Below are positions 20,133-32,735 of a stretch of DNA of 64,000 bases, one piece after another. Made by a program: the position numbers and the translations under genes. The notes under the pieces are model-generated. The model was not told the origin of the DNA and ran no database searches. It saw only the letters and a program-made list of their open reading frames with translations. The first letter of the stretch is position 1. Each line of letters opens with the position of its first letter. This DNA comes from an uncultured Gemmatimonadales bacterium (GTDB lineage: Bacteria > Gemmatimonadota > Gemmatimonadetes > Gemmatimonadales > GWC2-71-9), in NCBI GenBank assembly GCA_963844035.1, contig CAWJMT010000037.1, forward strand, positions 1 to 64,000, read 5' to 3'.

Positions 20133-22651
20133 AGCTGCCATTCGCGGCCCGGATGGCCTGGCGCGAAGGGCGGCGCGGCTGGCGGCGTCGCACCCTCTAC
20201 CTCGGCGCGGTGAGTCTCGGCGTGGCCGCGCTCGTCGCGATCAACTCGTTCAGCGCCAACGTCACGGCCGCCGTCCGCGGGCAGGCGCGCGCCCTGCTCG
20301 GCGGCGACGTGGAGCTGAGCTCGCGCACCGCGTTTTCCGACTCGATCGAGGCCGTGCTCGATTCCGCCGCACGCGCGGGAGCGCCGGTCGCCCGGGTGAC
20401 GAGCTTCGGCTCCATGGTGCTGGCGCCGCGCACCGGCCGCACGCGCCTGTTCGAGGTGCGCGCGGTCGAAGCCGGATTCCCGTTCTACGGCGAAATCCGA
20501 ACCGATCCCGCCGGCCTCTGGACCGAGTTCCGCGCCGCGCGGCGCGTCGTCGTCGATCCGGCGGTGCTGATCTACCTCGACGTGCACGTAGGGGACTCGG
20601 TGCGGATCGGGGAAGGGACCTTCACCGTCGCCGGCGTCGTGACCGACGCCCCCGGCGACGTGGGCCTGCGCACCGCCATCGGCCCGCGCGTGTTCATGCC
20701 GGCGCAGTATCTCAAAGACACCGGCCTGCTGCGATTCGGCAGTCGCGCCTGGTATCGCGCGTACCTCCAGATCAATGAGGGCCGCGCGGTGCAGGGGTTT
20801 GCGAACCGGCACAACGCGTTGTTCGAGCGCCACCGCGTCCGCACCACCACGGCCGCCGAAGAAGGGGAGGATGTGACCCAGGCGCTGGGGAGGCTGACCA
20901 GCTACCTCGGGCTCGTGGGCCTCGCCGCGCTGCTCTTGGGCGGCGTGGGCGTGGGCAGCGCGGTGAGCGTCTTTGTTAAGGAAAAGCTCGACGGCGCGGC
21001 GCTGCTGCGGTGCCTCGGCGCTTCGCAGCGCAGCGTCTTCGCCATCTATCTGCTACAGGCTGCGGCGCTGGGCTTCCTGGGTGCGGCGGCCGGCGTGGCC
21101 CTGGGCCTGGCGGTGCAGGCCGTGCTCCCCGCGATCGTGCGCGACTTCCTGCCGGTGCCGGTCGCCGTCGCGATCAGCTGGTCCACCGTGCTTACCGGAC
21201 TGGCGCTCGGCGTCGGCACCGCGCTCGTCTTTGCCCTGCTGCCGCTGCTGCGCGTGCGGGGCGTGACCCCGCTGCGGGCGCTGCGCCGGGAGTTCGACGA
21301 CGCCGAACCGTCCCCGTGGGACCCGTGGCGTCTCGCCGTGTTCAGCGTCCTGCTCGCCGGGATCGTCCTCGTGTCGCTGTGGCAGGCGCCGCGGCGCGAG
21401 GTGGGTCTCGCGTTCGCGGCGGGCGTGATCGCCACGGCGGGGATCCTGTGGCTCACCGCGCGCGGCCTGATGTGGGCGACGCGGGCGTGGTTTCCCACGC
21501 GGGCGCGCTACGTGATCCGCCAAGGGGTCGCGAATCTGTTCCGCCCGGGCAACCAGACCAGCGCGGTGATCCTGGCACTCGGCTTCGGCGTGTTTCTCGT
21601 CGCCACGCTCTACGTCGTGCAGAAGAATCTCGTGGACCAGTTCGCGGTCGATGCGAGCGCCGATCGCCCGAACCTGGTGCTGTTCGACATCCAGGTGGAT
21701 CAGCGCGACGCGGTGGCGGGGTTGCTCGCCGCACGCGGCATCGCGGCGGCCGGCGTGACGCCGATCGTCCCGGCGCGGATCACCGCCGTGAACGGCCGGC
21801 CGGTCGAAGGCCGTTCATCGAACTGGGCGCTGCGGCGGGAGTATCGCAACAGCTACCGCGACACATTGGTGAATTCGGAGCGGCTGGTGGCGGGCGCCTG
21901 GTGGACCGCGCCCCGCCCCCCGGGCGATCCCCCGCGCATTTCCCTCGAGGAGGCCGTGGCGGCCGAGTTGGGCGTCGGCCTGGGGGACCGCCTCACCTGG
22001 GACGTGCAGGGCGTGCCGATGGAGACGCGGATCGCGAGCCTGCGGCGCGTCACGTGGGCGCGGTTCCAGCCCAACTTCTTCGCCGTGTTCGAGCCCGGTG
22101 TGCTCGAGCGCGCGCCCCAGACCTTCGTGCTGATCACCCGCGTGGAGGACCCGATGCAGCGCGCCGAGCTACAGCGCGACGTCGTGCTCGCCTACCCCAA
22201 CGTGTCGGCGCTCGATCTCACGGTGGTGCAGAAGTCACTGGACGGCCTGCTCTCGAGCGTCTCGCTCGCCATCCGCTTCATGGCGCTGTTCACGATCGGG
22301 AGCGGACTCGTGATCCTGGCGGGGGCGCTCTCCGCATCGCGCTTTCAACGCGCGCGGGAAGCGGTGCTCCTCAAGACGCTGGGGGCGAGCGGGCGTCAGC
22401 TGCGCCAGATCATGCTGACCGAGTACATCGCGTGGGGCTCGCTCGCGGCGCTGACCGGCGTGCTGCTCGCGGGGGTGGCGGGGTGGGCCCTCATCACGCA
22501 GGTGTTCGAGCTGAGCTTCACGCTCCCCACGCTTCACCTCGCAGTGGTGTGGGCGGTTGTGTGCGTCCTGACCTCGGTGGTGGGGTTCGCGAACAGCGGC
22601 GAGGTGCTGCGGGGCACACCGCTCGCCGTGCTGCGCGAGATCAGCGAGTGA
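20129..22651 (+). CDS. ABC transporter permease (YbbP/FtsX-like)
   Basis: 840-aa protein with two FtsX-type membrane modules (LRCLGAS, LKTLGAS), coupled to the ATPase gene. Confidence 0.92.
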   Translation: MKLPFAARMAWREGRRGWRRRTLYLGAVSLGVAALVAINSFSANVTAAVRGQARALLGGDVELSSRTAFSDSIEAVLDSAARAGAPVARVTSFGSMVLAPRTGRTRLFEVRAVEAGFPFYGEIRTDPAGLWTEFRAARRVVVDPAVLIYLDVHVGDSVRIGEGTFTVAGVVTDAPGDVGLRTAIGPRVFMPAQYLKDTGLLRFGSRAWYRAYLQINEGRAVQGFANRHNALFERHRVRTTTAAEEGEDVTQALGRLTSYLGLVGLAALLLGGVGVGSAVSVFVKEKLDGAALLRCLGASQRSVFAIYLLQAAALGFLGAAAGVALGLAVQAVLPAIVRDFLPVPVAVAISWSTVLTGLALGVGTALVFALLPLLRVRGVTPLRALRREFDDAEPSPWDPWRLAVFSVLLAGIVLVSLWQAPRREVGLAFAAGVIATAGILWLTARGLMWATRAWFPTRARYVIRQGVANLFRPGNQTSAVILALGFGVFLVATLYVVQKNLVDQFAVDASADRPNLVLFDIQVDQRDAVAGLLAARGIAAAGVTPIVPARITAVNGRPVEGRSSNWALRREYRNSYRDTLVNSERLVAGAWWTAPRPPGDPPRISLEEAVAAELGVGLGDRLTWDVQGVPMETRIASLRRVTWARFQPNFFAVFEPGVLERAPQTFVLITRVEDPMQRAELQRDVVLAYPNVSALDLTVVQKSLDGLLSSVSLAIRFMALFTIGSGLVILAGALSASRFQRAREAVLLKTLGASGRQLRQIMLTEYIAWGSLAALTGVLLAGVAGWALITQVFELSFTLPTLHLAVVWAVVCVLTSVVGFANSGEVLRGTPLAVLREISE

Positions 22652-22677
22652 GTGTAGTTACGGCGTAGGTTTCCTGC

Positions 22678-25431
22678 GTGACCGTTCCCGTAACCAGACT
22701 CCGCCCACCGCCTCGCCCGCCCAGCCGCCTTCGCGTCGGCGCGTTGCTGTTCCTGTTCGCCTTTGTATTCCTGTTTCTGCCGGGCCTGATCGACCTCGCG
22801 GCACAATGGCCCTGGTTCACCGCGCTGGGCTACGAGCGCGTCTTCACGACCCGGCTCGTGGCCAAGGTGCTGCTCGGCGTGGGGGTGGGGTGTCTCGCGT
22901 GGGCATTCCTCTATGTCAACCTGCGGTTTGCCCAGCGCGGGCTGGTCCCGGATCCGCTGGTCCTGCAGTTCGACGGTGGGCGGGTCTCCGTGGACGTGAT
23001 CCGCATGTTGCGGCGCCTCGCCCTGCCGGCTGCCCTCGGTTTGGCGCTGCTATTCGGCTTGGGCGCCGCCGTGCGGCTGGCTCAGCGTGCTGCGGTTCCT
23101 GCATCGGACGCCGTTCGGCGTCGCGGATCCGGTGTTCGGCCGGGATATCGGCTACTACGTGTTCACGCTCCCGGTTCGTCACGGGTGCGATCGGCCTCGT
23201 CACCGCACTCACGGTGTTCACCCTCCTCGCGGTGATCCTGCTGTACGTCGTGCGCCGTGACGTGGTGGTGTTCGAGCGCCGCGTCTCGGTTGAGCCGTCG
23301 GCCCGGATGCATCTCGCGCTGCTGATCGCGTTGCTGTTCCTGATGACGGCGCTGCGCGCGTACTTCGTCCGCCTCCCGGACCTGTTGTACTCGACCACCG
23401 GGCCGCTCGTGGGGGCGAGCTTCGCCGATCTCCACGCCACACTCACCGGCCTGCGGATCGCCGGCGTGGCCGCCCTGGCGGGGGCGCGCTGGTCCTGTGG
23501 GGCGCGTTCAGCGAGCGCCTGGTCCGCAATACGGCGGTCGCGGCCGGACTCTACGTCGTGGTCTCGCTGCTCGGCGTGGCGCTGTACCCGCAGCTGGTCC
23601 AACGGCTGATCGTTGCCCCGAACGAGCTGGTGAAGGAAACGCCGCAGCTCGGGGCTCACATCGCGGCGACGCGCCGTGCCTGGGGACTGGACGCCGTCGT
23701 GACCCGCGACCTGACCGGCGAGGCCCGGCTCACCGAGCGGGACATCCGCGCCAACCGCGCGACCATCGACAACGTCCGCCTGTGGGATCGCGACCCGCTG
23801 CTCCAGACGTTCGGGCAGCTGCAGGAGATCCGCACCTACTACGACTTCGTCTCGGTGGACGACGACCGCTACATGATCGACGGGCAGTACCGCCAGGTGC
23901 TGCTCTCGCCGCGCGAGCTGAACCCGGCGTCGCTCCCGACGCGCACGTTCATCAACGAGCACCTCACCTTCACGCACGGGATGGGGCTCACCCTCGGCCC
24001 GGTGAACCAGGTGACCGAGGAGGGCCTGCCGGTGCTGTTCGTCAAGGATCTGCCGCCGGTGTCGAGCGTGTCGCTGAAGGTGACGCGTCCGCAGATCTAC
24101 TTCGGCGAGCTGACCGATTCGTGGGTGTTCGTCCGCACCAGGCAGCGGGAGTTCGACTATCCCTCGGGTGACGACAACATCTTCACGACGTACGAGGGGA
24201 AGGGCGGGGTCCAGGTCGGCTCCCTGTGGCGCCGGCTGGTGCTCGCCGCGCATTTCGGCTCGCTGAAGGTGCTGTTGTCGAGCGACATCACGAACGACAG
24301 CCGGGCATTGTACTACCGCAACATTCGGGAGCGGGCGCGCACGGCGCTGCCGTTCCTGCTGTTCGACGCCGACCCCTACATCGTGATCGACGACGCGGGC
24401 CGGCTCAAGTGGATGCTCGACGCCTACACCACGACGAGCCGCTACCCCTACGCCAGCCGGTCTCGAACGGCATCAACTACATGCGGAACAGCGTCAAGGT
24501 CGTGATCGACGCGTACGACGGCACCGTCACGGCCTATCTGGCCGACCCGCGCGATCCGCTGGTGCTGACGCTGGCGAAGGCCTTCCCCGGCATCTTCCAG
24601 CCGCTCGACTCGATGCCCGCCGATCTGCGCGCGCACCTGCGCTACCCGGAGGATCTGTTCCGCCTCCAGAGCGACCTGTACGCCACCTACCACATGGACG
24701 AGCCGGAGATCTTCTATCACCGCGAGGACCAGTGGCAGATGCCGGTGTTGTCGCGGGCGCCCGAGCGGGCCGATCCGTTCCTGCGCCACATCATCATGCG
24801 GCTGCCCGAGGAGCGGCAGGCGGAGTTCATCTTCATGGTGCCGTTCACGCCGCGCGGCAAGGACAACCTGGCGGCGTGGATGGTGGCGCGGAACGACGGG
24901 GAGCACTACGGCAAGCTGGTGGTGTACCGCTTCCCCAAGCAGAGCCTGGTGTTCGGGCCGACGCAGATCGTGAACCGCATCAACCAGGACACCGAGATCT
25001 CGCGCCAGGTCTCGCTGTGGGACCAGCGCGGCTCCGAGGTGATCCGCGGCGACCTGCTGGTCATCCCGATCGAGGAGTCGCTGATCTACGTGCAGCCGCT
25101 CTACCTGCGCGCGGAGGGCGGGCGGATCCCCGAGCTGAAGCGGGTCGTGGTGGCCTACCAGAACCAGGTGGTGATGGAGGAGACGCTCGAGGCCGGGTTG
25201 GCGCGGCTGTTCGGTGGCGCCCTCGAGCCGGCCCGCACCGCGGTCGCGCCGACCGCTGTGCCGCGAGGCGACGGGCGTTCCGCCGATCTCGCCCGCCGCG
25301 CGGTCGAGTCGTACCGGCGCGCCATCGAAGCGCAGCGCGCGGGCGAGTGGGCGCGGTACGGCGAGGAGCTCACCCGACTGGGGGAGATGCTGCGCCAGCT
25401 GCAGGAGGCCGTGGGCGCTGGGCGGCCGTAG
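22678..25431 (+). CDS. UPF0182 family membrane protein; several frameshifts (near 23075, 23175, 23490, 24455)
   Basis: [53 protein letters not shown]. Confidence 0.92.
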
Positions 25432-25517
25432 CCGGCCGCGACGAGTTGACCTATGCGTAGCGCGGTTGCGACGGGACGGACCATTGGTGGCACCATCTTG
25501 AAACGGGAGGGACGACG

Positions 25518-25832
25518 ATGGCCCAAGACAAGGGCAACGGGATCCGGGAATACCTGGCGGACCGCCTCGACGGCGCCCGGGACCTCTATCTACTCGCGCT
25601 GGCGCTGGGAGTCCGCGGCGACCGGGCGACCCACTTCGGTGGGATGATTCGCGAGGCGCGGATCCATTTCAGCACCGTGATCGAAGAGTGCCGCATCGCC
25701 GGCCTCGACACCAGCGCGATCGCCGCGATGCTCGGCGAGGAGAACGAGGTGCTGGTGGACAGCATCCGGCCCGACATCTGGGGGCATTTGGAGCAGCTCA
25801 TCGCCCAGCGAGCGCGCGGTCATACGGCGTGA
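25518..25832 (+). CDS. Hypothetical protein
   Basis: GGGAGG RBS; compact 104-aa ORF filling the gap between genes. Confidence 0.65.
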   Translation: MAQDKGNGIREYLADRLDGARDLYLLALALGVRGDRATHFGGMIREARIHFSTVIEECRIAGLDTSAIAAMLGEENEVLVDSIRPDIWGHLEQLIAQRARGHTA

Positions 25833-25860
25833 GTGAACACGAGGCATCCTGGTAGAGTTT

Positions 25861-25925
25861 TTTTGACCGTCCGTTGACAGTCGCCCCCTATCCTGTTGCC
25901 TGTGCCCGCCGAGCACCCATATGTT
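25861..25925 (+). promoter_or_regulatory. Sigma70-like promoter (TTGCCT-18-TATGTT) for a leaderless Uma2 transcript, with an upstream TGAC-N7-TGAC box
   Basis: Homologous to 1927-1991; the -10 box lies 6 nt before ATG 25932. Confidence 0.55.
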
Positions 25926-25931
25926 CCCAGC

Positions 25932-26471
25932 ATGACCACGCCGCTCATGACGGCTGAAGAGCTGCTGTACACGAGTATTCCCAACAAGCGCACGGAACTG
26001 GTGCGTGGGCGTCTCATCGTGCACGAGCCACCCGGCGGCCGGCACGGCAATATCACCGCACGTTTGGGCTCGCGTTTATGGCAGCATGCGGATGCGACCG
26101 GTGCCGGTGAGCTGTTCGTTGGTGATACCGGCTTCACCTTGGCCCGCAATCCGGATACGGTCCGCGGTCCAGACATCGCATTTGTACGCAAAGAGCGGCT
26201 GGCGGGGCCAATCCCGGATGGCTACCTCGAATTTGCGCCGGACCTGGTCGTCGAGGTGCTGTCCCACAACGACCGCCCGGGAGCCACGCTGCTCAAGATC
26301 GGCGACTGGCTGGACGCTGGAACGCGATTGATCTGGGTGATCGATCCCGCGCGACGCCTCGCCCGGATCTATCGGCAGGACGGCACAGAAACGCTGATTG
26401 CCGAGAACGACTCGCTGGATGGGGAAGACGTGCTCCCCGGATTCCGCTGCCCGCTCGCGAGCCTACTTTAG
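25932..26471 (+). CDS. Uma2 family (DUF820) protein, third paralog
   Basis: MTAEEL, RGPDIAFV, APDLVVEVLS, VLPGF. Confidence 0.9.
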   Translation: MTTPLMTAEELLYTSIPNKRTELVRGRLIVHEPPGGRHGNITARLGSRLWQHADATGAGELFVGDTGFTLARNPDTVRGPDIAFVRKERLAGPIPDGYLEFAPDLVVEVLSHNDRPGATLLKIGDWLDAGTRLIWVIDPARRLARIYRQDGTETLIAENDSLDGEDVLPGFRCPLASLL

Positions 26472-26475
26472 TCCA

Positions 26476-27345
26476 TTATCCCGCTTTCTTCGCGGTGCTA
26501 AAGTGCAGCGGATCCCGGAGGTTCTGTAACTCCCGATAGTAATAGAGGGCGGTGGGCTGCCTGCCGTTCACCCGCAACCGCTTGAGAAACGCCAGCTCTT
26601 CTTCGGTCGCCGTGCCGCTGAGCGAGGCATCCTGCAGGAACTTGTTGAGGCCCGACTCCGCGTCGCCCCGCTGCTCGATTTCGCGCTCGACAAACTCGAA
26701 CCGCGCCGTGCGCCCCCCGGCCACCCGCGGGCTCATCGCGATGTCCAACCGGAACGTCGCGAGGTCGATGTCCCAGGAGTCGATCAACGGACTCAGGAAC
26801 GCCACGCAGTTGTCCGCGGACACGTGGAACAGGTCGGTGTCGAGGAACTCGAGCACCACCACGCGCATCTCCTGATAGCTGCGGCCGTCCAGCTGCGCCA
26901 CCATGCGCAGCCAGTACTTGTTGTCCAGCTCCTGCCGGGCCACCTCCTTCGCGACATCCAGCAGCTTCTGGGTGACTAGCCGTTCCAGCTCGCCGAACGG
27001 CTGCGTCTCGAAGATCGCGCGGATATGCTTGGTCTTGTCCGGCTGGCATTTGCGCAACACCAGCTCGCGGACTTCGCGGAACCGCGGCGGGGCGTCATCG
27101 CCGATCTCGCGCTTGCGCACTTCCTTGCGCTGCAGCGCCGCCAGCTTCGCCAGCTCCCCGCGCGGCAACCGCAGGAACTTGTCCATGCGGTCGTAGATGT
27201 CCGTGCGATTCGGGGCAGGGGGCGCCTTCGCCCGCGTCAGCAGCTGCGAGATGTAGGACTCGGTCACCTGGGCGGCGCGCGCGAGGTCGCGTTGTCCCAA
27301 CCCCAGCTCCTCCAGGCGCTGCCGAATGACATAGGGAACGTCCAT
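26476..27345 (-). CDS. XRE-family HTH transcriptional regulator
   Basis: N-terminal HTH (LGLGQRDLARAAQVTESYISQLL); GAGGAG RBS; divergent from groES. Confidence 0.85.
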   Translation of the reverse strand: MDVPYVIRQRLEELGLGQRDLARAAQVTESYISQLLTRAKAPPAPNRTDIYDRMDKFLRLPRGELAKLAALQRKEVRKREIGDDAPPRFREVRELVLRKCQPDKTKHIRAIFETQPFGELERLVTQKLLDVAKEVARQELDNKYWLRMVAQLDGRSYQEMRVVVLEFLDTDLFHVSADNCVAFLSPLIDSWDIDLATFRLDIAMSPRVAGGRTARFEFVEREIEQRGDAESGLNKFLQDASLSGTATEEELAFLKRLRVNGRQPTALYYYRELQNLRDPLHFSTAKKAG

Positions 27346-27404
27346 CGTGCTCCTCGCGTGCTTGACAATGTGCTGTTAAGCTTGATCGCAATGATGTTGC
27401 TGAC

Positions 27405-27433
27405 TTGACTAATTATAGTAAAGCCACTACGTT
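27405..27433 (+). promoter_or_regulatory. Putative groES promoter TTGACT-17-TACGTT, overlapping a minus-strand TATAAT (27412-27417)
   Basis: Consensus-like hexamers with 17-bp spacing in an AT-rich intergenic region. Confidence 0.6.
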
Positions 27434-27561
27434 CTAGCCAGCGTAGAGCCACTTCGCAGCAGCTTCGGCCCCTGCCAGTGACGCCGCCTACCAAGAGTGC
27501 GCACCACCACGCAGCACACCACCGATGATCGAATACCGTTCCACTTCAGGAGGAAACCGTC

Positions 27562-27870
27562 ATGGCTACTGCGACAAAGACCAGGCTCAAGGTCTTCCCG
27601 CTCGCCGATCGAGTGGCGATCCGTCCGATGGAAGACACCGAGGAGATGCGGGGAGGGCTCTACATCCCGGACACGGCGAAGGAGAAGCCGATCCAGGGTG
27701 AGGTGATCGCGGCCGGTCCCGGCCGGTTGGAAAAAGGCCAGCGGGTTCCCATGGAGCTGAAGGTCGGGGACCGGGTCGTCTACGGGAAGTACACCGGCTC
27801 GCAGGTCGAGCTGGACGACGAAGAGATCATCCTGATCAAAGAATCCGACGTCTACGCCAAGCTCAGCTGA
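27562..27870 (+). CDS. groES: Co-chaperonin GroES
   Basis: PLADRV, GGLYIPDTAKEKP, KVGDRV. Confidence 0.97.
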   Translation: MATATKTRLKVFPLADRVAIRPMEDTEEMRGGLYIPDTAKEKPIQGEVIAAGPGRLEKGQRVPMELKVGDRVVYGKYTGSQVELDDEEIILIKESDVYAKLS

Positions 27871-27886
27871 GCAGAGAGAGGACTAG

Positions 27887-29521
<1,635 letters not shown>

Positions 29522-29591
29522 TCGGCTGGAGGGGCAACACGCACAGGCCGGCACGAGTGTTCTGTAGGTTCACGCTGGAAAAGGAGTCCAC

Positions 29592-29906
29592 ATGTACGCA
29601 CGTAATGTGACCATGCATCTGAAGGCCAATACGGCCGGTGAGTTTACCCAGATGCTCGAGAACGACGTCCTGCCCCTGCTGCGCAAGCAGACCGGCTTCC
29701 AGGACGAGATCTCGTTCGTGGCCGCGGACCGCTCCGCAGCGGTGGCGATCAGCCTGTGGGATAAGAAGGAAAGCGCGGACAACTACACCCGCGACACCTA
29801 TCCCCAGGTGCTGACGAGCCTGGCGAAGATTGTGGACGGAACGCCGACGGTTGAGGCCTTCGAGGTCTCGAACTCGACCTTCCACAAGATCTCCGCAAAG
29901 AACTAG
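29592..29906 (+). CDS. Dimeric alpha-beta barrel (ABM-like) hypothetical protein
   Basis: VLPLLRKQTGF...AISLWD pattern; AAGGAG RBS. Confidence 0.75.
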   Translation: MYARNVTMHLKANTAGEFTQMLENDVLPLLRKQTGFQDEISFVAADRSAAVAISLWDKKESADNYTRDTYPQVLTSLAKIVDGTPTVEAFEVSNSTFHKISAKN

Positions 29907-29921
29907 AGTCACGCAGGGCAC

Positions 29922-29960
29922 GCGACGCCCGATCCCACATGGTGTGGGGTCGGGCTTCGC
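29922..29960 (+). terminator. Hairpin (terminator-like or repeat family), copy 1
   Basis: GCCCGATCCCAC-atggt-GTGGGGTCGGGC; related to 31501-31540. Confidence 0.65.
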
Positions 29961-30080
29961 ATTTCCTCCCCCCACTCCGAGCTAGCTACTCCGCTAGCTA
30001 CTCCGAGGGAATCAAAAGCCACGCACCTCCGGGTAGCTTCTCGCATCTTCGAATTCCCTCAGTCCGTATTGGAGTACCAC

Positions 30081-31483
30081 ATGCGATACCGCACCCTGTT
30101 GATTGCCGGCGGCGTCGGCCTATTGTCGGCGACCGCGACCGTGCACGCCCAAGCTCAAGCCCGATCAACGCCGGCGTTCCGTCTGACGGAAGGCAAGGAC
30201 GTGACCTTTGAGGCACGAGGCCTCGGCGTGAGCAACGCGAGCCGTGGCAAGCTGGATATCGACTACAAGAATGGTCACGCGATGCTGCATCTGGAGATGG
30301 ACAGCCTGGTCCATCCGCAGCGCGTGGGCTGGGAGTACACGGCGTACGTGCTCTGGGGCGTCACGACGGACGGCAAGGTCGCGCGCCTTGGAGAGCTCCC
30401 CGCCGGCAAGAAGATTGACCTGAAAGCGGACTTCGCCGCCCAGACGTTCGGGCTCATCGCGACCGCGGAACCGTACACGGACGTCGAGCTTCCCTCAACG
30501 GCGCTCGTCATCAGGTTCACCCTGGCCAACAAGGCAGACAAGGACGCGCCCGTGGTCAGCCGCGCGCGGTATGTGGGCGACAACGGCGATCTGTACGTGA
30601 CGCCGGACCGGACGTTCGCACCCGACTACACGACGCCGCTGCTGGTCCTGGGCGCGCGTCACGCCTTCGAGGTTGCGCGGCGGGCCGGTGCGGCGGAATA
30701 CGCGCCGACCGAGTGGCGTGAGGTGGACGTGAAGCTCGCAGCACTGGAGCAGACCTGGCCGGACCAGCGGAACGACGAGGCGAAGTTCAGCGGGCCCGCG
30801 CGCGAGGTCAGTCCGCCTCGCCGATGGCGCACGCCGCCTCAGCACCGAGCGGGCAGGGGGCGCGGCCGCTACGGCCACCCTCGCGCACGCCGCGGACGAC
30901 GTCGAGACGGCGCAGAAGGCGACGCAGGACGCGCAGCTGGACGCCTCGTCCGCACGGGCATCAGCCGACAGCGCTGGCGAGGTCACGGACTCGATCCGGA
31001 TCGCCTCCGCCGCCGCCGCCAGCGCAGCGGCCGCGCAGCAAGCGGCGAGTGACGCCGCGTGGGCGGGGCTCGCAACCTCGATCGGTGCCGTGCTGGAAAC
31101 GAAGCGTGAGGCGCGTGGACTGCTGGTCAACCTGTCCGGCGTCTACTTCACGACCGGCGAGGCCGGGCTGCAGCCGGTCGCACGGGAAAACCTGAGCAAG
31201 CTGAGCGGGATCATGCTCGGGTATCCGGGCCAGTACACCCTCTCGATCGGCGGGCACACGGACGCGGTGGGATCCGATGCGATGAACGACCAGCTGTCGC
31301 TGGCGCGGGCCGAGAGCGTTCGGAGCTATCTGATCGGAGCGGGCATCGCTGTCGTCGCATCTGCCCCGCGCCACGGGGTACGGCGAGCATCAGCCGGTGG
31401 CCGACAACGCAACGGTGGACGGGCGCGCGCGCAATCGGCGCGTGGAGATCATCATCGTCGACACGGATCTGTCGATCCGCTAA
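30081..31483 (+). CDS. OmpA-family protein with N-terminal exported domain; frameshifts near 30810 and 31350-31375
   Basis: Signal peptide; [16 protein letters not shown], and RNRRVEIII in the final frame. Confidence 0.85.
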
Positions 31484-31500
31484 ACTAGGGTAGTGCAAAC

Positions 31501-31540
31501 GCGAAGCCCGATCTCACGGCATGTGAGGTCGGGCTTCACG
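31501..31540. terminator. Hairpin between convergent genes, copy 2
   Basis: GAAGCCCGATCTCAC-ggcat-GTGAGGTCGGGCTTC followed by a T-tract. Confidence 0.7.
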
Positions 31541-31562
31541 TTTTCTTCGCTTGGGGCGTGGA

Positions 31563-32056
31563 CTATTTTTGCGTGCGGCGGCCGGGGCAGCACGTCGCTG
31601 CTCCAGGTGTCCTGCATCTGCAACCAGCGGCCCTTCTCCAGCACCCAGCGGGACCATGTATTTCCCCGAGTCCGCCTGCATTTCACCCGGCGGCAGCTTG
31701 GCGCCTGCGGGCCAGGTCCAGTTCCAGCGACCGAGCTCCAAGGCCCACGATCCCGCACTCCACACGGAGTCCGCCCGCAGCGTGAGCACCGGCGGCGGCG
31801 AGGACATGGTGTTCATCGCGGTGAAGAACTCGCGGATCGCGACCTTGCCGTGCAGTGACGTCATGTTGGGCGGGTATATGACCGCGTTCGGGTGATAGAA
31901 CTCGGCGAGCGAGTCCGAGTGGCCGGCGGCGGTGAGCCGGGCCCAGGCGGCGTTGGCAGCGTCGATCGCGTGGCGCGCGTCGGTGGGCGCCTGGGCGGCC
32001 ACCGCAGCAGCCGGCGAGAGGACGAGGGCGACGAGCAGAAACGCGATGTGGCGCAT
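31563..32056 (-). CDS. DUF4440 / NTF2-like secreted protein; frameshift near 31650, end approximate
   Basis: Signal peptide; FYHPNAVIYPPN...GKVAIREF, DSGKYMV, DTWSSD. Confidence 0.8.
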
Positions 32057-32091
32057 GGCCGGCTCCAGGAAAAGGGAAGAGCGGGAGGATA

Positions 32092-32578
32092 TCACAGGTA
32101 CCGCGCCACCGCCATTGCGGAGATCGCGAGGAACAGCAGCACCGCTACCGACCGCTGCCACGACGGAGCTGCGCGCCCGCAGCCGCCCGATCTCGGCCCG
32201 GTTCGCCGCCGGATCCGGCGCCAGGGCGGCGATGCGCATCATGGCGGGCCGCATCACGACGATGCCGATGAGGAACGCGACGATCGCCAGCGTCCCGCCG
32301 GTCGCCAACGTCTGGCCGACGCGCGAGCCCATGAGCCCCGCCATGCCGCCGTACACGGCGAAGATGAGCCATACCCCTGACACAATCGTCACGAGTGCCA
32401 GAACGGGCAGGATCACCATGATCTTGCGGCGCTGCAACGCTGGCATCAGCTTGCCGCCTTCGGGGCCCATCTCCGCGATGGCGGGTGTGAGGAAGAAGGT
32501 GATGAAGGCGAACATCCCGATCCAGAGCGCACCGAGCACGATGTGCACCAGGCGCAACACGACGATGAGCGTATTCAT
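32092..32578 (-). CDS. Four-helix membrane protein; frameshift near 32150
   Basis: LRLVHIVLGALWIG...; the corrected end reads AMAVARYL*. Confidence 0.75.
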
Positions 32579-32735
32579 GCCCTCAATTCTCCGCCGGGGA
32601 TCGCGCTCCGCAAGGGGAGTCCGGGCTTGGTGGAAAATTCACATCACTGGAACGGAGGCTCACATCGCGAGGTCACGAACAATTGGACGGCACGTCCCGT
32701 TACTCTGGCTCGCGATCAGCGCCTGCGGACCCACG

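Noticed and set aside
25488..25503. Sigma54 promoter TGGCAC before 25518
   Set aside because: The -12 GC is missing at the required spacing.
27477..27503. CIRCE element before groES
   Set aside because: Only a right-half-like GAGTGCGCA is present; there is no TTAGCACTC at 9-bp spacing.
31514..32578. Membrane protein-DUF4440 fusion in the ORF track
   Set aside because: Artefact of a frameshift near 32150; the second gene has its own GGAG RBS and signal peptide.
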